Shown here piece after piece: positions 7,839 to 13,285 of a stretch of DNA of 13,285 nt (positions are counted from its first letter, which is position 1; each line of letters opens with the position of its first letter). The translations under genes and the position numbers were made by a program. The notes below the pieces were generated by a model. It saw only the letters and a list, made by a program, of their open reading frames with translations, did no database searches and was not told the origin of the DNA. The DNA is from a bacterium (GTDB lineage Bacteria; Zhuqueibacterota; Zhuqueibacteria; Oceanimicrobiales; Oceanimicrobiaceae): positions 1 through 13,285 of the forward strand of contig JBHHXN010000145.1 in assembly GCA_046757025.1 (NCBI GenBank). The letters run 5' to 3'.

Positions 7839-8921
7839 ATGGCTCGCCTACTGAAAGTTGTTTTGTTGCTCATCATTTGTTTGCAGTGGACTCCCCTGGC
7901 GCATGCCCAGATATTCAATGTTGGTGATTTGGTTCGCAGCGGCGTTGACGATGCCAATCTTTTGATAAACGAATATTTGCGACCGCTGGGTAATGGTTTT
8001 GGTGCCGATCTTAACAATGGCTGGTTTAATACCGCGCGCACGCACAAATTTTTAGGATTTGATATTACGGTTTCGGCCAATACGGCCATCGCACCCACCA
8101 GCGACGAAACCTTTGATATCTCATCTCTGGGCTTAAAAAATATGCGGCCCCTCGATGCTGGAAACACAATAACGCCAACAATTGTTGGAAGTGAAGATGA
8201 TGGTCCGGAGGTGGAAATATTTATCGAAGCATTGGGACAGCAAATGGTGGTGGATACGCTCAAACTGCCGCCGGGTATCGGTTTCCGTTATGTCCCTTCG
8301 CCCATGATTCAGGCTTCGGTTGGATTGTTTGCCAATACCGACGTCATCCTTCGGTTTTTCCCGGAAGTAGAATTCGAAAAAGACATCGGCAGTCTACGCA
8401 TGTTCGGTGTTGGCGTGAAACACGACCTCACGCAGTGGTTGCCGGGCGGCGGACTGCTGCCTTTTGATCTATCAGTGGCGGCTGGAGTCACAACCTTTCA
8501 GGCACAGGCCAATCTGGATGTGCCGCCCGATCCCAATTTGCCGCAAACTGGTGATGGAAAGTACGATAACCAGGAAGTCGAGGTTGAAGCTAAATCGTTT
8601 AACCTGAATGTTTTAATTTCAAAAAAATTCGCTATCCTGACGCTGTTTGGCGGCGTGGGCATCGAATCCTCAACCGTGGATTTAAAATTAAAAGGGGACT
8701 ATCCCATTCCCATATTGGAAACCGATATCAACAGCCCAAATTTTAGCAAACCCGTCACGACTCCTCTACGTAATCCGGTGAATCTGTCGTTTGACGGTGC
8801 TAATGAAACGCGTGTCAACGTCGGTGCGCGGCTCAACCTGGCCATTCTGGCGATTTCCGCCAGTTATACTTTTTCAAAATATCCGGTGTTTACTTTGGGG
8901 GCCGGTTTGAGTATTCGATAG
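7839..8921 (+). CDS. Exported DUF6588-like protein, probable outer-membrane beta-barrel
   Basis: 360 aa with signal peptide (AHA|Q) and motifs Y..PL..GFGA.LN.GW..TA, P.PMIQASVGL...TD..LRF.P and G.GVKHD..QW. Amphipathic C-terminal strands. AAGGAGGT RBS at 7828-7835. Confidence 0.8.
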   Translation: MARLLKVVLLLIICLQWTPLAHAQIFNVGDLVRSGVDDANLLINEYLRPLGNGFGADLNNGWFNTARTHKFLGFDITVSANTAIAPTSDETFDISSLGLKNMRPLDAGNTITPTIVGSEDDGPEVEIFIEALGQQMVVDTLKLPPGIGFRYVPSPMIQASVGLFANTDVILRFFPEVEFEKDIGSLRMFGVGVKHDLTQWLPGGGLLPFDLSVAAGVTTFQAQANLDVPPDPNLPQTGDGKYDNQEVEVEAKSFNLNVLISKKFAILTLFGGVGIESSTVDLKLKGDYPIPILETDINSPNFSKPVTTPLRNPVNLSFDGANETRVNVGARLNLAILAISASYTFSKYPVFTLGAGLSIR

Positions 8922-8945
8922 CACCTAAACAATTATATAAAATCA

Positions 8946-9028
8946 CCACCGATTTACACGGATTCTGCACGGGATTTTATTAATATTTTCTTCTTTTAAA
9001 TCTGTGTTGCATCTGGGTAAATCCGTGG
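8946..9028. repeat. Inverted repeat built from short CACRGATT-like tandem units
   Basis: The left arm CCACCGATTTACACGGATTCTGCACGGGATTT (8946-8977) pairs imperfectly with AAATCTGTGTTGCATCTGGGTAAATCCGTGG (8998-9028). Each arm has three related units, around an AT-rich loop. Confidence 0.7.
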
Positions 9029-9093
9029 CTTAATCAATATCAAGATCACGCAAATTACCTGCCGTTTTATTAAATTCGCATTGAAATTGTAAA

Positions 9094-9453
9094 ATGCAAA
9101 AAATCAATCTCGTAGAGAAATTCAATTTATTCGACGATTACTGGCGACCGAAAATCGTCGGTGAAGTCAACGATTTTCATGTCAAATTAGCCAAACTGAA
9201 AGGCGAGTTTGTCTGGCATCATCACGAATCCGAAGACGAATTGTTTTTGGTGGTCAAAGGCAAACTGCTGATCCAAATGCGGCAGGGCGAAGTGGAGCTG
9301 CACCCGGGTGAATTTTTCATCGTGCCAAAAGGTGTGGAACATAGACCGGTGGCTGAGGAGGAAGCGCAAGTGCTGTTATTCGAACCCAAATCGACCTTGA
9401 ACACCGGCCATGCTGAAAGTGAATTTACAGTTAAAGATTTAGATAAAATTTAA
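9094..9453 (+). CDS. Cupin domain protein (mannose-6-phosphate isomerase-like cupin_2)
   Basis: 119 aa with cupin metal motifs GEFVWHHHESEDELF and GEFFIVPKGVEHRP; W.PKIVGEVND at the N-terminus and NTG near the C-terminus. Confidence 0.92.
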   Translation: MQKINLVEKFNLFDDYWRPKIVGEVNDFHVKLAKLKGEFVWHHHESEDELFLVVKGKLLIQMRQGEVELHPGEFFIVPKGVEHRPVAEEEAQVLLFEPKSTLNTGHAESEFTVKDLDKI

Positions 9454-9457
9454 AGGT

Positions 9458-9823
9458 GTGGAGTTAAAAATAGTCGAGGCGATCATATTTTTCGGAATCG
9501 CGCCAATTTTATGGGCGATGGGATTTTGGCTTTTTTTACAATCCAACCTGTCTCGAAAAAGAAAAATCGTCTGGACGGGGGTGCTTGTGTTTGTGGGTTC
9601 TGCCATCGGAAGCTTGTTGTCGATGGATAAGATTCGCCATAAATTTTTCTTCATTTTGATGATAGTCCCGTTGCTGGCACTGATAGATTTGTGGTTAGCA
9701 AAATCCACGCGTCGTTTCAGCTATTGGTTTCGTGCCTGTACATTTGAATTAGGTACTGTGTTCGGTGTGGCTGTCATAGTCAGAAGCGTCCTCGATAAAT
9801 TTCGTATTTCCTCCTGGATTTAG
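9458..9823 (+). CDS. Hypothetical membrane protein (about 4 TM helices)
   Basis: 121 aa, GTG start 4 bp after the cupin stop. Four hydrophobic segments separated by basic loops (SRKRK, KIRHK, KSTRR). Confidence 0.75.
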   Translation: MELKIVEAIIFFGIAPILWAMGFWLFLQSNLSRKRKIVWTGVLVFVGSAIGSLLSMDKIRHKFFFILMIVPLLALIDLWLAKSTRRFSYWFRACTFELGTVFGVAVIVRSVLDKFRISSWI

Positions 9824-9830
9824 AAGGCAG

Positions 9831-9965
9831 GTAACTGTTCAGCCTTCGTTGTCATGCCGGCTGAAGCGATAGCGGAATGCCGGAATCTGTTTGCTGAAGC
9901 CCCTCATTTGAAGGTCGAATCAGGGGATTCCTGCATTCGCCGGAGTGACACGCCTGAATAGTTAC
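9831..9965. mobile_element. MITE-like element with 12-bp terminal inverted repeats and an internal REP/dRS3-like hairpin
   Basis: GTAACTGTTCAG (9831-9842) and CTGAATAGTTAC (9954-9965) are 11/12 complementary. Inner arms are TGTCATGCCGG (9850-9860) and CCGGAGTGACA (9940-9950). ATTCCT-N8-CGGAGT resembles the ATTCCC-N8-GGGAAT pattern. No TSD seen. Confidence 0.7.
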
Positions 9966-10051
9966 GAAATAAGTTTACATTTCAGTTTGCAATTTTATTA
10001 CACACCCAGAACGCTCAAAATAATTATTTTGTTAATTGTGGAGGAGGCGTA

Positions 10052-11347
10052 ATGATTTTGATTAGAAGCAAGCCAATTCAATTTATTTTGATCTACTTTT
10101 TTTTGCACTCAAATGCCTTCGCGCAATCGTACGCCATCAAAGCCGGTCGATTGCTCGATGGCAAAAGCGATAAAGTTTTGCAGAATGTGACTATCCTGAT
10201 TGAAGGCAACAAAATCACTGAGATCGGCAAGAAGGTCGCCATTCCGGAGTCGGCCACGGTTTTGGATTTGAGCGGACAAACCGTGCTGCCGGGATTTATC
10301 GATGCGCACACACACATTTTGCTGCAGGGCGATATCACGGCTGCCGAATACGAAGAGCAAATTTACAAAGAGTCGATTCCTTTTCGCACGATTCGTGCGG
10401 TGGCCGCGGTGCGCACCGCGCTGTGGCACGGTTTCACTTCCATGCGGGACGTGGAAACCGAGGGCGCCATGTACGCGGATGTGGACATCAAAAAGGCCAT
10501 CGATCGCGGCATCGTTCCAGGACCGCGGCTGTGGGTGTCAACCCGGGCGCTGAGCATCACCGGGCGCTACGGCCCCTCGGGCTATGCCTGGGAGCTGAAT
10601 TTGCCCAAAGGCGTGCAAATCGTCGATGGCGCTGACGCCTGCCGTAAGGCCGTGCGCGAGCAGGTGGCGCACGGTGCCGACTGGATCAAGTTTTATGCAG
10701 ATTCGCGCTACTTCATCGATGACGACGGCGGTCTCTCCAGCATGCCGAATTTTACCAAAGACGAGATCACCGCCATCGTGGACGAAGCCCATCGCCTGGG
10801 GGTGAAAGTGGCGGCACATGCCATCGGGCGCAATGGCATTCAGGCCGCTCTGGATGCCGGCGTGCAAAGCATCGAGCATGGCATCGGTTTTGACGATAAA
10901 CTCATTGCGCAGGCCAAAGCTCAGGGCGTTTTCTGGTGTCCCACCATGCGGGTGCTGGAATACGTGGCCCCCGGTCGGGCGGCGGCGGGCAGCGGTATCT
11001 GGCCTGAGATGCTGCCCATGCTCTACAAAGCGGTAAATCAGGCTTACAAAGCCGGTTTGAAAATCGCGTTCGGCACCGATGCCGGCGGTTTTCCCTGGAA
11101 TATCAATCAGGCGGAGGAGTTCGAGCTGTTTGTGACAAAGGCCGGTTTCAGCAACCTGGACGCCATCCGCGCCGGCACCTCGGTGGCGGCGGAGCTGCTG
11201 GGCCAAGCCGACCAGATCGGCCATCTGGCGCCCGGCAAGTTAGCCGACATCGTAGCGGTGCCCGGCGACCCGCTAACAGATATCCGCGTGCTGCAAAAAG
11301 TTCGGTTCGTGATGAAAGACGGAAAAGTGATTAAATTTGAAAATTAA
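10052..11347 (+). CDS. Exported metal-dependent amidohydrolase (Xaa-Pro dipeptidase / ochratoxinase-like subgroup)
   Basis: 431 aa with signal peptide (AFA|Q), LPGFIDAHTH, GADWIKFYA (carboxylated Lys position), VAAHA, SIEHG, FGTDAG and G.LAPGKLADIVAV.GDPL. GGAGGAGG RBS. Confidence 0.93.
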   Translation: MILIRSKPIQFILIYFFLHSNAFAQSYAIKAGRLLDGKSDKVLQNVTILIEGNKITEIGKKVAIPESATVLDLSGQTVLPGFIDAHTHILLQGDITAAEYEEQIYKESIPFRTIRAVAAVRTALWHGFTSMRDVETEGAMYADVDIKKAIDRGIVPGPRLWVSTRALSITGRYGPSGYAWELNLPKGVQIVDGADACRKAVREQVAHGADWIKFYADSRYFIDDDGGLSSMPNFTKDEITAIVDEAHRLGVKVAAHAIGRNGIQAALDAGVQSIEHGIGFDDKLIAQAKAQGVFWCPTMRVLEYVAPGRAAAGSGIWPEMLPMLYKAVNQAYKAGLKIAFGTDAGGFPWNINQAEEFELFVTKAGFSNLDAIRAGTSVAAELLGQADQIGHLAPGKLADIVAVPGDPLTDIRVLQKVRFVMKDGKVIKFEN

Positions 11348-11422
11348 CCCCTGTATAAATTCACTTGATTAAGCACCGTCCCGCGTCCTCATCTAAGTTA
11401 ATCCTGGAGTAATGCAGGCGCT

Positions 11423-11442
11423 AATTCAATTATAATTGAATT
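11423..11442. promoter_or_regulatory. Perfect 20-bp palindrome (possible operator)
   Basis: AATTCAATTATAATTGAATT is its own reverse complement and contains TATAAT at 11431-11436. Confidence 0.4.
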
Positions 11443-11749
11443 GCAAGATTTTAGTGTGTGGGAGCTCACACTTCAAAGAGGGTTAAAAAAATCTCAAGTC
11501 CTGATTTCCCTTATTTTTATTTAAATATGGAATCGGGATCTTCGCCTGCGTCCCTGAAGCATTAAGCGAGGACGATTGAGGGAGTGGTTTATCGGACTTT
11601 TCACACCGGCCGCTCAAAATCCGAATTGGAATTTTCTGGTTAGCCTCTGTTGGATAACATCCCTGTTTGAATGTTTAGCAGAAGGTTCGGATAGCATATA
11701 AAAGGAAAATACTATTATACAAGATACCATAACTTTACAGCGTTTCTTT

Positions 11750-11848
11750 GTCATTCTGAGGAGCGAAGCGAAGAAGAATCTCTGCGAATGCACTACATGC
11801 CAGGGCCTAAAAAAGAGATTCTTCGTCGCTTCAGTTGCTCAGAATGAC
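11750..11848. repeat. REP-like doublet (REPIN-like long hairpin)
   Basis: GTCATTCTGAGGAGCGAAGCGAAGAAGAATCTC (11750-11782) pairs almost fully with GAGATTCTTCGTCGCTTCAGTTGCTCAGAATGAC (11815-11848) around a 32-nt spacer. Confidence 0.85.
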
Positions 11849-12076
11849 GTGGTAAACGAAAGTGTCGTTGTAGTACTAATTTAATTGTTTTTTGATAGTA
11901 CATTAAATATATTGGTGTTATACAAATAAAAATTCCGCCCGGTGTCTGCGGCTGAACGGAATGCAGAAGTGATGTTAGCCAGTTTCTGCAGATCCTTACA
12001 GATTGTTTGTTTTCCAGAAACTGTACAATCACTGGTTAGGCCGCTCTACATTGAATCGAAATAACAGGAGGCACGA

Positions 12077-13285
12077 ATGAACACTGCAAAGGAATCCATT
12101 TTCATCGCGATCTTGACTGCGATCACACCCATCGTTTCAGGATCGAAGTTGATGAATCGATCAATGATATCGATCGCTATCGGCGTTCTGCTCGCGATGC
12201 CGTTGGCATTAATCGCACAAGAGGACTCGGCGGGGACAACGTTCTCCAGGTATGCCCGATATGGCGCCGATGTATGGGCAAGAAACCCCTCGGCCCTGAT
12301 AGCTGGCGAAGGTAAGGCCTGTATCAGTTGCCACACATCCTTACCGTATGCGTTGGTCGAGCCGCTCCTAGATGGCGATTATCCTGCCTACGATGATATG
12401 ATCGGGAATATTAACAACCGCATCCTGACCTGGTCCGATAACACACCCTGGTACTCCGACAATAAATTGGAGCAGATGGCTGCGCTCGCGAATCTCCCGC
12501 CGGATGCATTCAAGGAACCGCTTATCTCGGAGCAGTCGCGCAGTATCGAAGCGGTTTTCAACGCCCTGATTCGTGCAACGCACGACGCCTATTCCGGCTT
12601 GCCCCCCCCAGCAAGAAACACGCGCGGCATTCAGGAATATGTGGGAGAGACAAATAAAGCGCGGTCCGACCGCCGGTAGATGGCTTTGGTCCAAGTCGTA
12701 CCTGGTTCCCTGGGATGTGGCTGACGCAGATATCTGGGGTACATCTTTGGCTGGTGTGGCGGCAACTATCTTTCCAGGCCTGGCGCCGGAGAAAAACCTG
12801 CGGGCACTATACGCGACTTTGAGAGATGCTATTGCCCGTGACGACATCAGCCTGCACGCTAAGTCTGCGATCTTGTGGTGCGATGCAGAAACGGGCGGAC
12901 AGATTCTTGAAAGTGATGCTGCAAAGCGACACGCGGCAAAACTACTGGCCTTGCAGCGTGCCAACGGCGGCTGGGCTTTGCGCGACCTCGGGCCCTGGCC
13001 AGACTGGGAAGGTAGTCGTTCCGACTGTTGCCAGAAGCGAGAAGTGCGCTCAGATGCCTACGCGACCGGTTTTGTGACTCTTGTGCTGGCGCGCGCCGAC
13101 AGATACTTGTCCGATGAGAATCGAGCCCAACTGGAAAAGGCGATTGCGTGGATAGATCGGGAGCTGGCGAATCCGTACCCGGACGGGCCACGGTACAACA
13201 GGCACGACAGTATGGATGCCGAATTTCCGGAGTTCAGGAACAACCTCTATACGAATGCCGGACACATGTGGGCGTTTCTGGCGAA
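12077..13285 (+). pseudogene. Exported CxxCH + QW-repeat protein (squalene-hopene cyclase/prenyltransferase-like fold), frameshifted at a C8 tract; 3' end outside window
   Basis: AGGAGG RBS at 12066-12071, hydrophobic N-terminus and CISCHTSLPY (12320-12349). After CCCCCCCC (12602-12609) the +1 frame is open from 12609 to the window end. It encodes AFRNMWERQIKRG..AGRW.W, LLALQRANGGW, SDAYATG and AIAWI. C7 instead of C8 gives one ORF of about 400+ codons. Confidence 0.8.

Noticed and set aside
7532..8263. 243-aa minus-strand ORF
   Set aside because: Antisense shadow of the DUF6588-like gene running through a MITE; no recognisable motifs.
8946..9028. CRISPR array
   Set aside because: Units are about 10 nt, inverted and lack unique spacers. 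No cas genes or regular direct repeats occur anywhere in the window.
11708..11880. Outer TIRs around the 11750-11848 REP doublet
   Set aside because: Only patchy complementarity (TACAA..GATAC vs GTGTCGTTGTA) in AT-rich DNA; too weak to call.
11793..12032. 79-aa minus-strand ORF in the spacer
   Set aside because: It crosses the REP-like hairpin and AT-rich DNA, with no RBS or domain signal.
11951..12041. Canonical attC site
   Set aside because: The left box GCTGAAC deviates from RYYYAAC and the stem is asymmetric relative to the R boxes; kept only as a tentative junction finding.
12368..13265. ORFs 12368-12964(-), 12826-13077(+), 12859-13191(-) and 13050-13265(-)
   Set aside because: The region is explained by the frameshifted continuation of the 12077 gene, which carries QW motifs.

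Overview
Bacterial chromosomal window (about 50% GC genes, AT-rich spacers) with all credible genes on the + strand. In order: a class I/II PLP aminotransferase and a nitrilase-family C-N hydrolase; an N-truncated, frameshifted ankyrin-like remnant; a Tat-exported xanthine-oxidase-family molybdoenzyme operon (2Fe-2S, Mo, FAD/4Fe-4S subunits, PaoABC/YagTSR-like but ordered S-L-M) followed closely by a 73-aa Cys-rich ORF; a DUF6588-like exported protein; a cupin; a small membrane protein; a signal-peptide metal-dependent amidohydrolase; and an exported CxxCH/QW-repeat (squalene-hopene-cyclase-like fold) gene split at a C8 tract and running off the window end. The spacers hold several small palindromic elements. 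Three of them share a nested layout: a GTCAT...ATGAC REP-like hairpin inside unrelated IS-like terminal inverted repeats, one with a 4-bp target duplication. A candidate NrdR box sits at the left edge. Family calls come from motif recognition only; no searches were run.
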